A DNA stretch of 64,000 bases, taken from assembly GCA_964621595.1 (NCBI GenBank), contig CAZUPO010000001.1:78758-142757 (forward strand), read 5' to 3'. Under the pieces are notes generated by a model that was not told the origin of the DNA, did not search any database, and saw nothing but the letters and a program-made list of their open reading frames with translations. This DNA is from an uncultured Candidatus Saccharibacteria bacterium. Lineage in GTDB: Bacteria; Patescibacteriota; Minisyncoccia; Phycocordibacterales; UBA5272. Positions 18,945 through 30,600 of the stretch are shown here, one piece after another; positions within the stretch are counted from its first letter, which is position 1; each line of letters opens with the position of its first letter. The translations under genes and the position numbers were made by a program.

Positions 18945-20648
18945 CTACTTAGAGTCTACGTGACTCCAGGAGTATTCTTTATCCGCAAACACTTTCTTCT
19001 TGGGATTAAGTACGTGAAGTGGGTCAAAAATGTTTTTTGTTGCTTCAAATAATGCAATAATTTCTGGTGAAAACATTTTTGCTAAATACGGTGTACGAAG
19101 CAGACCATCATTGTGTTCACCTGACATAGATCCTTTGTATTGGAATACAAGATCGTATACTTCATCCATCAACTGGTGTAACACCTCAATGATTCCCTCT
19201 TTGTGAATATCAATGAGAGGAATAATGTGGAAGTTCCCATTACCCATGTGTCCGGCGACAGTATAAATAAGATCTTTGTAAACATCCTTTTTGAATATCT
19301 CATCTAGTTTTGGTAGAAATTCTGGTAGATCATTTGGATGAACAACAATGTCATCTATTGTTGGAGCAGTTCTATACCCGTGCATTCGTGAACGAAGAAG
19401 TGCAAAACTTTCTCGTCGAAAAGTCCAATATTTTTTAGCGTCGGATTCTTTTTTGGTTCGTTTAATTGGGAGACCAAATGTTTTCATTCCCTCATATGCG
19501 AGTTCTGCTTGCTTCTCAACCTCTTCTTCTGAATCGCCCGTAAATTCTGCCATAAGAATGATCTTTGGAACACCCCCTGTAAGCACCATCATGAATTCTG
19601 GTAAAAATTGTAGTCCGAGTGTTATCATGTTGCCCCCCATACGTAGTGCTATATCTTTGAAGAATTTCATCGCAATCTTAAAGGTATGATCATCATAGGA
19701 CTCGAGAGATTCTGGCTTATGCTCAAGCATTTTGACAACTATTTCCCCAAGGTGTACGGTTGAGGGCACGAACATGACAAGCATGCGTGAGTGTGTCTTT
19801 GGTCGTACACCAGTGAACGTAACTGAGGATACAGCGGCAAGTGTCCCCTGACTACCAACTACCACTTTTGAAAGATCAAATACTCCTGTTTCTTTGTTAT
19901 AGATATTCCACAGGTAGTACCCGGAAGAATTTTTAGACACCGTAGGCTTAGCAGCCATGATTTCATCATAGTGACTTGTGATGAGGTCATACATTTCCTT
20001 GTGTATACGACCACCTTCACTTTTTTCATTCATTTTTATCTCTAACTCTTCTTTATTGAAAGGACGAAGCAAATCCCTCTCTCCATTGGCATACACAACA
20101 TCGAGGGTCTGCACATAATTTTCCGTTTTACCATAGGTGAGAGTTTTTTCACCGCCAGAGTTATTGGAAACAATACCGCCTATCGCCGCGAGTTCTCGTG
20201 ATGCTGGGTAACTCGGCATGAGCCAACCTTTTTCTAATGTTCGTTTTTCAAAATCTCGGTAATAGACTCCAGGTTCTGCAGTTGCTGAAAGTTCCGTCAC
20301 ATTCGAAACATGGTTCATGAATTTTGAGGTATCAACCACAATGGACGGATTAAGTGGACCACCTGTCATACACGTACCTGCCGCACGAAACGAAACAGAA
20401 ATATCATACCCTTGTTTACGTCCATCTGATACGTACTCAAGAAGTTTTGAGATATCTTTATAGTCTTTTGGATAGACGACAAGTTCTGGCTTGACATAAA
20501 ACAAACTAGTATCTCGTGCAACTTTCTCTCTATCTTCATCTCCAATCGAAACTTCGCCCTGGATAAAGGTCCTTAACGTGTTATAAACATTTTTATAATC
20601 TACTGGATTCATATGATAAAAAGTATACCATGTATGCACCTCAAACAA
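18945..20648 (-). CDS. FAD-linked oxidase (GlcD/D-lactate dehydrogenase family)
   Basis: FAD_binding_4-type motif RAAGTCMTGGP...VVD and C-terminal FAD-oxidase domain; 567 aa. Confidence 0.7.
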   Translation of the reverse strand: MFEVHTWYTFYHMNPVDYKNVYNTLRTFIQGEVSIGDEDREKVARDTSLFYVKPELVVYPKDYKDISKLLEYVSDGRKQGYDISVSFRAAGTCMTGGPLNPSIVVDTSKFMNHVSNVTELSATAEPGVYYRDFEKRTLEKGWLMPSYPASRELAAIGGIVSNNSGGEKTLTYGKTENYVQTLDVVYANGERDLLRPFNKEELEIKMNEKSEGGRIHKEMYDLITSHYDEIMAAKPTVSKNSSGYYLWNIYNKETGVFDLSKVVVGSQGTLAAVSSVTFTGVRPKTHSRMLVMFVPSTVHLGEIVVKMLEHKPESLESYDDHTFKIAMKFFKDIALRMGGNMITLGLQFLPEFMMVLTGGVPKIILMAEFTGDSEEEVEKQAELAYEGMKTFGLPIKRTKKESDAKKYWTFRRESFALLRSRMHGYRTAPTIDDIVVHPNDLPEFLPKLDEIFKKDVYKDLIYTVAGHMGNGNFHIIPLIDIHKEGIIEVLHQLMDEVYDLVFQYKGSMSGEHNDGLLRTPYLAKMFSPEIIALFEATKNIFDPLHVLNPKKKVFADKEYSWSHVDSK

Positions 20649-20655
20649 GCCCCTT

Positions 20656-22401
20656 TTAACCTATTTGCTCTAGTTTTTTGTCTATTTCTTTTTCTGTGAT
20701 TTCAAGTCGCTTTTTGAATTTTTTAAGGATAGTTTGCTCTTCTTTTGTAAGTTCTCGCTTCTTCTCAGCCTTGACCAAAATAGTATGGAATTCTTCCGTA
20801 TCTCGACGAAGGGCGATGACATTAGTGCGCAAAGTATTTTCTACCTCGTCTATAGTACGACGAACCTTTCTTCTAAAGCGTGAAAACTGCACAAGTGAGT
20901 ACCAAAATGTGGCAACAATACAGAATGACGCTATAACAAGGATAAGTACAACTGACAACCAATTCATCACAAAAATACCCATTTTCACAAGAGGCACGTA
21001 GTCTACGATGATAGCCTTGTTGTTGGTGTAATCGCTTGCTGACCCCTTACTATCAACAACTCGAGCTTTCAACTCATAAACACCACGATCAAGATGTTTA
21101 CTCCAAGTAAGGTGGAAAACACCTGCCTCGTCAGAAGTTGTTGTTTCCGTTTCTATGTTGCCATCCTTATCAAGAAGGGCGACTTCTACGGTTGATGACG
21201 GATAAGTTGCACCTGCGACTTTGAGTGTGTTTTCGAAGGTTACGTTTTTTGTGTATTCAGTAATTGTCGGAACAGTAAGTGCTTGAATAGTGAAATCGAT
21301 TGATACAGTACTGGTGTTACCTGCTTTATCTACAGAACTAATTACAACAGTATGTTTACCTGATATTTGTCGTGATAGACGATATAAATGCGTTGGTTCT
21401 ACTTGATATTTAGTAGCCTCTCCCCCATCAACACTCATAGTTATGTAGTCAACACCAGAAAGGGAGTCCTCTGTCAGAATTTGTATTGCCGGGGTCGTAT
21501 TGGTAGTGACAACACCATCTGGGAAAGAAGCAGCGAGAGATTCTGGTGCCTGGGTATCTATTTGGAATTTAAAGTGAGCAACTGGTCCCCATGTCGTACC
21601 ATTTCTAAACTGCACATGCATGTACATGACGCCATCTTGATCGGCTACAAATGATCTATTAGGCACTGGTGGGTCATAGACCTTGGAGGGTGTTGAGTTG
21701 TCTTTTTCGTTATAGAGTGTTCGTACGGCAGTGACTTGAGGCGGCACTGTCCACTCAAATGTAGCCTCCCTGCTTTTATACCACTTATCAGAACTTGGGT
21801 GAGTGGGTGAAGTGATTGCTGGGATAAGAGTATCTGACGTTGGAGTTACTACCACTTGTGGTTCTGGTGTTTCTTGCGCCTCAGTTACGATGACAAAAGC
21901 AGAACCAAGTGTACCTGTTACATTTGTGGCATTGCCGTCATTTGCAAGAACTGATCCCGACTTAACGTTTATATTTATATTCCCGGCTTGCTTTGCTTTA
22001 AAGGTGACGGTAATGACTTTACCGGATGCGCCACTAAACCCAGGATTGAGTGCAACACCCTCCAAGGAGACCGTTCCATTACTATTAGAATATGATGGTT
22101 CTTCCGCCCAAAGATTTATAAAAGATCCCGACTTTGATAACGAGGTAACGGTGAGAACATCTGACGGGAAACTAAGCGCAGCAGAAACGGCATTTATGTT
22201 ATCTGTATTATTACTAACAAGAACATCAACTGTAAAAGTTTTGCCAACTTTGGTTGTGATAGAGGATGGCGTGAGAGAGATATTAGCTGCAAATATCGTC
22301 TGAGGAGCAAAACTAAAGACAACACAAAAGAGACCCAGTACTACGACTCTACTTCGTTGTCTTTTTAGTTGTAACAAGAACCGGTAGATAGTGCTTACCA
22401 T
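20656..22401 (-). CDS. secreted type-I membrane protein with cohesin-like and Ig-like beta-sandwich domains and cytoplasmic coiled-coil tail
   Basis: Signal peptide; cohesin-like block ISLTPSSITTKVGKTFTVDVLVSN...NPGFSGASGKVITVTFKAKQAGNININV; C-terminal TM VVLILVIASFCIVATFWY then KR/E-rich helix. Confidence 0.55.
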   Translation of the reverse strand: MVSTIYRFLLQLKRQRSRVVVLGLFCVVFSFAPQTIFAANISLTPSSITTKVGKTFTVDVLVSNNTDNINAVSAALSFPSDVLTVTSLSKSGSFINLWAEEPSYSNSNGTVSLEGVALNPGFSGASGKVITVTFKAKQAGNININVKSGSVLANDGNATNVTGTLGSAFVIVTEAQETPEPQVVVTPTSDTLIPAITSPTHPSSDKWYKSREATFEWTVPPQVTAVRTLYNEKDNSTPSKVYDPPVPNRSFVADQDGVMYMHVQFRNGTTWGPVAHFKFQIDTQAPESLAASFPDGVVTTNTTPAIQILTEDSLSGVDYITMSVDGGEATKYQVEPTHLYRLSRQISGKHTVVISSVDKAGNTSTVSIDFTIQALTVPTITEYTKNVTFENTLKVAGATYPSSTVEVALLDKDGNIETETTTSDEAGVFHLTWSKHLDRGVYELKARVVDSKGSASDYTNNKAIIVDYVPLVKMGIFVMNWLSVVLILVIASFCIVATFWYSLVQFSRFRRKVRRTIDEVENTLRTNVIALRRDTEEFHTILVKAEKKRELTKEEQTILKKFKKRLEITEKEIDKKLEQIG

Positions 22402-23308
22402 AATGGTACAGTAAGGTCATTACTATAACTATGTATACAAGTATACGGGACTTTTTACCAAGATCTGAAGAGTTTTCAACAGGTGGTAGAGTTACATACG
22501 TATATGTCTTGTTCGTATAGAACACCTTTGCATGCACGTAGACGTGACGAGACTGATTAAGTAGGACGTAGGGATTTGATCCAACATGCCAGGAGATATC
22601 TTCGATATGAAATGGGCTATACTCTCCACTCTCAGCGAATGCAATGTGATCAATGAGTAGACTTGAGTCATGTTCGAAGACAAACATATACAAACCTCCG
22701 TTGGAAACAGCATCATTATGATCCAAGGTATACGATAGCGTTGGTGAAGATACGTAAGAATATATGTTTTCGCTAGTGAGGTCTGGCTGCCGTAACATCT
22801 TGGGGACAAAAATTCTTTTTGCAAACTCCTTATTCGATAGGAGCGTGGCTGTCTCATCGAATGCTCGGATTTGCACTTCTTCTAAACGAAGTTCTGAGAT
22901 ACCTTCTTTTTTAGGAACAAGGTTGATAATAAACAGGAGTCCTGGAGAAGATCCCTTAGTTCTGGAAGAAAGCACTCCGCGAAACCCGCCTGGGATAATC
23001 CCATCAAAAACAATATGCGTTTTGTTATCGATATACTTTTCTTCTGCAATTTTAGGCGGAGTTACCCACAGTGGAATACTTGTGTTACCTGCGATGATAT
23101 TTTTCACAACAAAACTATCACTGCGAAATGTAAACTCACCACCGACACCACTCACAACGTCTCCCTCTGGATCAAGATACACGAGCACGGGTACGGGTTC
23201 TCCATTGGTACCGACCCTAGTAGGAGCCTCTAGGTAGATTCGAGCAGCAAGCGCTTGATCTGCGCCCCAGAGTATACTTAGTATTATAAGGAATAAAAAA
23301 TTTTTCAT
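22349..23308 (-). CDS. secreted protein with C-terminal membrane anchor (hypothetical)
   Basis: Signal peptide MKNFLFLIILSILWGADQALA, C-terminal hydrophobic helix + KKTTK; overlaps downstream gene by 53 nt. Confidence 0.45.
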   Translation of the reverse strand: MKNFLFLIILSILWGADQALAARIYLEAPTRVGTNGEPVPVLVYLDPEGDVVSGVGGEFTFRSDSFVVKNIIAGNTSIPLWVTPPKIAEEKYIDNKTHIVFDGIIPGGFRGVLSSRTKGSSPGLLFIINLVPKKEGISELRLEEVQIRAFDETATLLSNKEFAKRIFVPKMLRQPDLTSENIYSYVSSPTLSYTLDHNDAVSNGGLYMFVFEHDSSLLIDHIAFAESGEYSPFHIEDISWHVGSNPYVLLNQSRHVYVHAKVFYTNKTYTYVTLPPVENSSDLGKKSRILVYIVIVMTLLYHYGKHYLPVLVTTKKTTK

Positions 23309-23314
23309 AATAGA

Positions 23315-24241
23315 TTATCCAGTCCAACAATACGCAAGAATACTTAGGTCGGTGAGATTGACTCTTCCGTCACTATTGAGGTCGACCTTCAGTGGAAATC
23401 CGAGTCGTTTATACCAAAACGCCATAATACTAAAGTCTAACAAATTAACACGACTATCATTATTAAGGTCACATCTAGCGTTCACAAGACTTACCTTTGT
23501 TTTTCTCATAACATTTTGTTTACCAACAGTGAAAAGAAGTGGGTTAGAGAATGCTGACAGGGAACCTGCAGTTGAAGACCGAACCTTTGCTGTTAAATCC
23601 CCTTCTCCCACCTCTTTCGAATCAAACACTAGACGCCACGAACCATCTTTACCTGAGATTAGATTTTTTGTAATACCATTTTTATAATATACCGTAAGTG
23701 CTATATTAGAGTTTGGAATTGCTTTACCAGAGAAGATTATCGGTGTACCTCTCAGAACTTCTATTTTGTCCGAGGTGATGGTTGGAGACAGATAGATATC
23801 GTTAACTGTTGTAACTTCTAGGGGTGGGATATAGATTGTATAGGTTGTAATGGCAGAACTTAGACCATCGTACTCGGCTTTTATTCCAAAAGTATATGTA
23901 CCTGATTTTATGTTACGAACAGGTACTTCGAACGTACCATCCTGATTGGCAGGTAAGGTATTCAGAGGTAGACCATTCTTCAGAACAGTGACCATACTTC
24001 CCGGATAAGCGTACCCGCGGAAAAGTGCAGAATCTGTTCCAGACTCATCAGTGAGTGGAACACCATTATTAGTGATAGGACTTGGGCTGGGTGGCGGAGT
24101 TATGGGAGGGATTCCGTTGTCGTGAACGTCAGCAAATATATCGATAGATTCTTGTAGAGAAGCCGATAACTGGGCAGAAGCAAACTGAGTGAATGAAACC
24201 AAACTAACAAAAACAAAGGCTGTTTTTGTAAGTAGTCTCAT
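23315..24241 (-). CDS. secreted protein with C-terminal type-I dockerin module
   Basis: Signal peptide; C-terminal duplicated Ca-binding loops DLNNDSRVNLLDFSIMAFWY and DLNSDGRVNLTDLSILAYCW. Confidence 0.65.
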   Translation of the reverse strand: MRLLTKTAFVFVSLVSFTQFASAQLSASLQESIDIFADVHDNGIPPITPPPSPSPITNNGVPLTDESGTDSALFRGYAYPGSMVTVLKNGLPLNTLPANQDGTFEVPVRNIKSGTYTFGIKAEYDGLSSAITTYTIYIPPLEVTTVNDIYLSPTITSDKIEVLRGTPIIFSGKAIPNSNIALTVYYKNGITKNLISGKDGSWRLVFDSKEVGEGDLTAKVRSSTAGSLSAFSNPLLFTVGKQNVMRKTKVSLVNARCDLNNDSRVNLLDFSIMAFWYKRLGFPLKVDLNSDGRVNLTDLSILAYCWTG

Positions 24242-24249
24242 GACTCATA

Positions 24250-25233
24250 TTACTTGCCACTAGCAAGACGAGCCTGTTTAATAATCCAAGCGTTATATCG
24301 CTTAAGTGCGAGACGTAGGAGAGCAAATATAACGAGACAGATTACAAGAACAACAACCATAAGGTGCCATGGGAATACGAATAGATAAAGTGACTTAACT
24401 GAAGATCCACTATTTCCGAAAGTGACATTGAGTTTTGCAGAATAAACACCGAGTGCAAAGTTTCTCATTTCATACTTCACGAAAGTAAAGAATGATGCTG
24501 AAGTTGCTGGAGCATCTTCATCTCCCCACCGTACCTCAAAACGACGAATACTGCCTGGTAGAACGTTTCCTTCATTCTTGTTGGCATTTAAACTAACCGT
24601 GGTCATGCCAATCATGTTCTTCACTGTGATATCACCAGTTGGCTTCACGCGATCTCCACCGTTGTTATTGAAACGGTAAATAAAATCTACAGGAAGTGTG
24701 GTGATAAGTTTCTTTTCACCCTTAAGGAAGAATGAGAGTACACCCCCTTCTTCTTTAATATCACCAGATACACGAAGCATCATGAGCATCCCAATCTTTG
24801 CACCCACAGAAACTTCATTTTCACCTGAAGTTGGTGGTACAGTACTTAAGAAGATCGCAGCAAAATGTCCACCCGCATCTGCATCTTGAGGAACCTTAAC
24901 CTTAAAAGGAATTTTGATCTTTTCGCCAGGCTTGATAACAACTTTTTCTGTTACGTCTACCCATGAAGCAAGACCTATTTTTTCTCTGGTGAAATTAGGT
25001 GTTCCAGATTCTCCCTGTGCTTCAAAATTTTCAATAGAAGTATAGTACGTTTGCTCAATACTTTGCTCGTTAATGATCGTAAAGGTCTCCTCTACTATAT
25101 CGCCTGGATTTGCACCAAGTTCAACTTTTGCAGGAGAAATAGTGAGAGCACTGGCATACCCTACCGCAACGAAAGTAATAACTGGTAGCGCGAGTATTTT
25201 TAGGATTTTCTTGAACGTTCTAGCGTGTGTCAT
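24250..25233 (-). CDS. cell-surface protein with C-terminal TM anchor, DUF916/CscA-like
   Basis: Signal peptide, LTISPAKVEL...GGHFAAIFLS block, C-terminal TM + KR tail = architecture of Gram-positive DUF916 WxL-cluster anchor proteins. Confidence 0.4.
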   Translation of the reverse strand: MTHARTFKKILKILALPVITFVAVGYASALTISPAKVELGANPGDIVEETFTIINEQSIEQTYYTSIENFEAQGESGTPNFTREKIGLASWVDVTEKVVIKPGEKIKIPFKVKVPQDADAGGHFAAIFLSTVPPTSGENEVSVGAKIGMLMMLRVSGDIKEEGGVLSFFLKGEKKLITTLPVDFIYRFNNNGGDRVKPTGDITVKNMIGMTTVSLNANKNEGNVLPGSIRRFEVRWGDEDAPATSASFFTFVKYEMRNFALGVYSAKLNVTFGNSGSSVKSLYLFVFPWHLMVVVLVICLVIFALLRLALKRYNAWIIKQARLASGK

Positions 25234-25270
25234 GATAGGTTATTTGTGAGTGAATAATTGCTATACCTCT

Positions 25271-26359
25271 TTAGAAGTTAGCGGTTGCTACGTATGTGAG
25301 GTTGGCAGCATAGGTACCTGCTTCTGTAATCGCTGCGATGTTTGTAACATATCGTAATGAAAGAGTTGCTGTCGCGGTTGATCCTGTACCACTAGCAAAC
25401 AAGTCCGATGTAGTTGCTGTTGCTCCATATGCATATGATGATGCCGCTCCGTAGGCTGAAGCAATACTAACCCCCGTTCCACCTGAGAGAGTTGCCCTAA
25501 TACCGAACTGTTCCGTTCCAGGTGTTGAAGACGCATAACTAGAGCCAATTCCAGAAATAGTATTTGATGCATTTTGTAGTGAAGTAAGTGTTTGACCACG
25601 TACTGTAACAGAGAAACCAGACGCCGCGTTTGTTGATACACCTAATGAATGAGCAACTGTTTCAGTAGAATCACCTGAGGTATTTGTAGAAGAAGCGTAT
25701 TTTGCGCCACCTGAACCAAGAGTTCCGAAGTAGATAGTTGATGTAGAAATTGTAAACGTAAGAGACTGGTTAACTGTTCCTGTCATAGCAACAGTGTCAT
25801 CATCCAATATGTACACACCAATAGAACCTGTGTCTCCAAGAGTTCCCGCCAAGTCTACAGAGTACTGACCAGGTGTTGCTGGGTTTGTAATCTGTGATGC
25901 TCCTGCTGCTTGCGAGGTAGCATTCGAACCGATCTCAATCTGCACACATCGGTTAGCAGGAATTGTTGCAGTTCCTGAGGTGAAAGTAATAGTCTGACCT
26001 GACTGTGCTACACCCCATGTGTTACCAGATGCAGATGTTGAGAGTAGCGCATCGGTGAAGCCAGAACATGTTGCGGATGTTGAGGTTGCTAAGTCTACGT
26101 TGTTAACAGAGAAAGAGCCCATAGTAAACCCTGCTGGAAAAGTAACTGTAATCGTCTGACCAGCTGCGAGACCTGTTGGTGTAACGAACTGAATAGTATG
26201 ATCTGATAATGTACTAATTTTTACACTAGACATTGAATCAGAAAGAGACGACATTGATGCTGCATACGCAACGTTTAGTTGTATTACAGTACTACCAACA
26301 AGGACCGCAACACCCGTCAAAAAACTGAGTGCTGATTTATAATAACGCTTAAGAGACAT
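25271..26359 (-). CDS. secreted Thr/Ser/Gly-rich beta-rich surface protein, YVATANF-terminus family (paralog 1)
   Basis: Sec signal (AYA cleavage), C-terminal ~170 aa conserved with next two genes ending LTYVATANF. Confidence 0.55.
   Translation of the reverse strand: MSLKRYYKSALSFLTGVAVLVGSTVIQLNVAYAASMSSLSDSMSSVKISTLSDHTIQFVTPTGLAAGQTITVTFPAGFTMGSFSVNNVDLATSTSATCSGFTDALLSTSASGNTWGVAQSGQTITFTSGTATIPANRCVQIEIGSNATSQAAGASQITNPATPGQYSVDLAGTLGDTGSIGVYILDDDTVAMTGTVNQSLTFTISTSTIYFGTLGSGGAKYASSTNTSGDSTETVAHSLGVSTNAASGFSVTVRGQTLTSLQNASNTISGIGSSYASSTPGTEQFGIRATLSGGTGVSIASAYGAASSYAYGATATTSDLFASGTGSTATATLSLRYVTNIAAITEAGTYAANLTYVATANF
25959..26083. repeat. 125-nt tract 100% identical to 27164-27288 (inside paralogs 1 and 2)
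   Basis: Direct comparison of the two gene sequences; flanking sequence is only ~75% identical. Confidence 0.8.
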
Positions 26360-26475
26360 AATGATTTGTTTTACGTTTAAATAAAATAAGACTTCTACAA
26401 TCTTACTACTTCTAAGTTTATCACTACAAAATAGGTTTTTCTGTGGATAAAGTACTGTTTTGATCGCTAACCAAA

Positions 26476-27573
26476 CTAGAAGTTAGCAGTTGCTACATAG
26501 ATAACGTTCGCAACGTAGGTACCCGCTTCGGTTAGTGATGATATGTTGGCAACATACCGGAGTGAATATGTGGTGGTATTAGTCGCACCGGACCCTGTGG
26601 CAAAAGTGGCGGAAGTAGTGGCGGTAGCATCGTATCCGTAAGATGTTGCAGCTGAGTACGTTGAATCTATTGTAGACCCTGTTCCTCCAGAGGCTGTTGC
26701 TCTAATACCAAATTGTTCTGAGTTGGGGGTAGAAGAGGCCGCTGTTGCTCCTATAAATGCTATTGTATTTGACGCATTTTGTTGTGAGGTAAGTGTTTGT
26801 CCACGGACAGAAATAGTGTAACCTGAGCCAGCGTTTGTAGACACGGCAAGCGTGTGCGCAATAGTTTCTGTGGAATCCCCCAATACGTTCGTTGAGGAAG
26901 CAAACTTCGCCGCACCTGTACTTAGTGCCCCAAAGTAAATGGTTGATGTGGAAATAGTGAACGTAAGAGACTGGGAGACTGTTGCACTAATGGTAACGGT
27001 ATCGTTAGTAATAATATTTTGGGTCGTGGAACCTGTATCAGTAAACGTACCAGCAATATCGGTAGTAGTAGCACCAGCGGTAGCTGGGTTTGTAATCTGA
27101 GATACACCAGTTGCTCCAGATGTCGCATTGGAACCAATCTCAATCTGAATACAACGATTCGCTGGAATTGTTGCAGTTCCTGAGGTGAAAGTAATAGTCT
27201 GACCTGACTGTGCTACACCCCATGTGTTACCAGATGCAGATGTTGAGAGTAGCGCATCGGTGAAGCCAGAACATGTTGCGGATGTTGAAGTTGCCAGGTC
27301 TATGTTGTTCACAGAGAATGTGCCCATGTTGTATCCGAGCGGGAATGTAATAGTAATTGTCTGACCAGCCGCGAGACCTGTTGGGGTAACAAACTGGAAG
27401 GTATGGTCAGAAAGTGTACTAACCTTAAGGGTTGATTGGGAGTCAGATACTGAAGTAAGGGCGGCGGCGTAGGCAACTTCTAGTTGTGAACCGATGGTTC
27501 CAACTGCGACGCTAATAATCACCATGATACTTAGTGTTGAGTGAAATATCGAGTGTTTAAAAATTTTCGTCAT
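26476..27573 (-). CDS. secreted surface protein, YVATANF-terminus family (paralog 2)
   Basis: About 70% identical to paralog 1 incl. identical ATSTSATCSGFTDALLSTSASGNTWGVAQSGQTITFTSGTATIPANRC; ends VIYVATANF. Confidence 0.55.
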   Translation of the reverse strand: MTKIFKHSIFHSTLSIMVIISVAVGTIGSQLEVAYAAALTSVSDSQSTLKVSTLSDHTFQFVTPTGLAAGQTITITFPLGYNMGTFSVNNIDLATSTSATCSGFTDALLSTSASGNTWGVAQSGQTITFTSGTATIPANRCIQIEIGSNATSGATGVSQITNPATAGATTTDIAGTFTDTGSTTQNIITNDTVTISATVSQSLTFTISTSTIYFGALSTGAAKFASSTNVLGDSTETIAHTLAVSTNAGSGYTISVRGQTLTSQQNASNTIAFIGATAASSTPNSEQFGIRATASGGTGSTIDSTYSAATSYGYDATATTSATFATGSGATNTTTYSLRYVANISSLTEAGTYVANVIYVATANF

Positions 27574-27651
27574 GCAGTAACAAACCTAATGCACAATTTG
27601 GTTACTTATTACTTCAGTATACCACTTCTGCCCTATTTTTATTGGGGAAAA

Positions 27652-30600
27652 CTAAAAGTTTGCTGTCGCTACATACACAACACTTGTTGAGAAAACACTT
27701 GGTGGTGTGGTTGCTGCTATATTAAGAAGATACCTAACAGAAAATGTTGTTGTGGCATTATCACCGACTGTAGCACTAGCGATTGAAGATGACGTTGTGG
27801 CTGTTGCGGAATATGCAAAACCACTCGCGCTATAAGGAGTACTAACTGTTCCTGATCCACCGGTTGCTGTGAGACGAATGCCGAATTGTTCGGTATTGGT
27901 CGCAGATGCTGTATTGGTATTACCTATAGCATTAATAGTTGTGCTCCCTGAAGTCAATGTTGCGCCACGAACACTAATCGTATAGCCGTTAGTTGCATTT
28001 GTGATGACAGAAAGGGTGTGTGCCTCAGTTTCTACATCGCTCCCAAGAAGACTGGTACTCGATGCGTACCGCGATGCTACTGGACTAGCATTACCAAAAT
28101 AGACACTGGATGTTGAAATTGTAAAAGTTAATACCTGGGGTATGATTCCATTACTCTCCTCATCCCACTCCACTAAAAAACGATATCGTACGTTAGCGTC
28201 CCCCGTCGCCTGTTCATTATATAGTGCTATACCTTCACCAGATTTTAAAACCAGTTCATCGCCATAATAAATGCTGTCTTCTTGATCACCAAACGGTTGA
28301 TTAACTACGCCCGGTGTAGTTCCGCTAACGAGGCGAGACGACGTCGATTGCATTAATGAAACAGTAACGCCCGTTGTTCTTATTTCTGCTGTTGTTGTAG
28401 CAGTATTTGAGTGTTTCTTAGGAATACTTGTCGAGGCAACAGAGGTTCCGCCAGAATGTGAAGAGATTTTACGTAGACTAAACGGAGTATACGCCGGCAC
28501 CGTTGCTGCCCCACTACGATTTACCTTAGTCATTAATTTTTTAATGATAAAGTTTTTTCCTGACCCAGTTGGATTAAAAAAAGTTGAATACACATACCCA
28601 AGAGAAGTACTTTGATTTATTGGACCACTCGTATACAAATATTGACCTAAAGAAGACGGCGCACTCGCGGCCTCTTCCCACTCAATTAAAAGCCTTACAC
28701 GGAGGTCAGCATCTCCCGCTGCGTCTTGGTATAGACCAACTCCTTCTCCGGGCTGGAGAACAACGTCTTCGTTGTTAGAAAAAAGAACTTCTGCGTAACC
28801 AGTATTTCCTGCTGCAGCACTCGCTACAGCTCCCGGTGTTTGGATGGCTATCATTTTGGAATCAGTTGTACCAGAGAATGTCGCCGTTACACCTGTGTGT
28901 CGAATTTCCATAGAACTCGTGGCGCTCCCTGTATTTTTCTTTGGATAACTGCTCGAGGCAACGAGAGTACCTGCCGAGGCGGCACTGAGACGGCGCAATT
29001 GAATTGGTATATACACTGCCGCCGCAACGGTATCTACTCTGATTCGTATGCGTTTTATAATTGCTGTCTTACCAGAACCAGATGGATTAAAAAAAGTTAC
29101 GTAGTTATAACTTGCTCCAGTATTTCCATTTATTGGGCCTATAGACATAACATACTGGTTTTGGGCGGTTGGGGCGCTTGCTTCCTCATCCCATTCAATA
29201 AGAATTTTTACTGATAGAGCAGCACTTGAGGTAAGTACATCATTATATAAGCCAATCCCCTCCCCCTCTTTAATAACAAGTTTCTCATTATCACCAAAAA
29301 CAATTTCTTGTTGTCCAATAACTTGCCCGACAGCACCAGCGCCAGTAACAGAAATAATTTTTGCATTTGCATCCCCAGCATAGGTTGCCGTTATTGCGGA
29401 AGTACAGGCCTGTAAACACCAGCGTATCTCCATAGAACTTGTGGCACTACCTGTATGTTTTTTTGGGTAACTACTGGATGCAACAAGAGTGCCCGCACTC
29501 GCTGCAATTATGCGCCTAAATTGTAACGAAGTATATGCTGACGTAGTGGTAGCATTCGCACGAATTACAAGCCTTTTTATTATAGCTGTCTTTCCAGATC
29601 CAACAGGATTAAAAAATGTATATAGTGAAGTATTGGCTGCTGTTGCGGCAGCAACTTTGTCTGATGCCCAAATATACTCACCCTGAGAACTCGGTGTGTT
29701 ACCTGTCGTGACTTCACCCCACTCTATAATCATACGTGTTAACTGATTAGCGTTACCTGCTGCTTCTGATATAAGAGCAATACCTTCACCTGGCTGAAGG
29801 ATAAGTTGCTCATCGTGATGATCAAAATCAATCTCCTGCCATCCTGTGGCTTGCCCCGCCGCACCACAGGGAGTTACGTGCCCGAGGCGAGCATCTGTAC
29901 CACCAACTTGAGTTACTGTTACGTTGGTATACCGAAATTCCATCGAAGTCGTAGCACCGCTCGTATTTTTCTTTGGAATACTTGAGGATGCGACCGCAGT
30001 ACCAGCAGATGCTGCGGATATTCTTTTAAGAACAATGTTGTTGGTGTATACCGCTCCGGCATCGCATGTTTCCGAGCCAAACCATATTCTTTTTACGACC
30101 GCCGTTTTACCTGATCCTGATGGGTTAAAAAAGGAATTATATACATAATTTGCTGCTGCAGCATTTTCCACACGTGGAAATGCAAATAAAAACTCATTTT
30201 GCGAGGGTGGTGGATTAACAGTCTCATCCCACTCAATAAAAACACGTACCGCCGCTGCTGCGGTTCCAGCCGCTTCTTGATAGACAGCGACGCCTTCCCC
30301 TGGTTGCAAGACCAGAGTTTCTTCACTAGAATCAAACGTGATATCTCGACGACTATAGTACGATCCAACAGCACCTGAAAGAGGTTGTCCGAGGATGCGG
30401 GAATCAGTTGTACCAGACAAGGTTACAGTGGGGCCCGCTGTACGAACCTCCATAATTGAATCTGATGTACTAGCATTTTTATAAATATAACTAGTAGATG
30501 CGATTTGTGTTCCTCCTGTTGATGAAGATATCCTTCTCACACTTAAGTTAACGTAGTTAGACGCCGTGGAAGAAGCGGTATTCGCGCGAACTGCTATACG

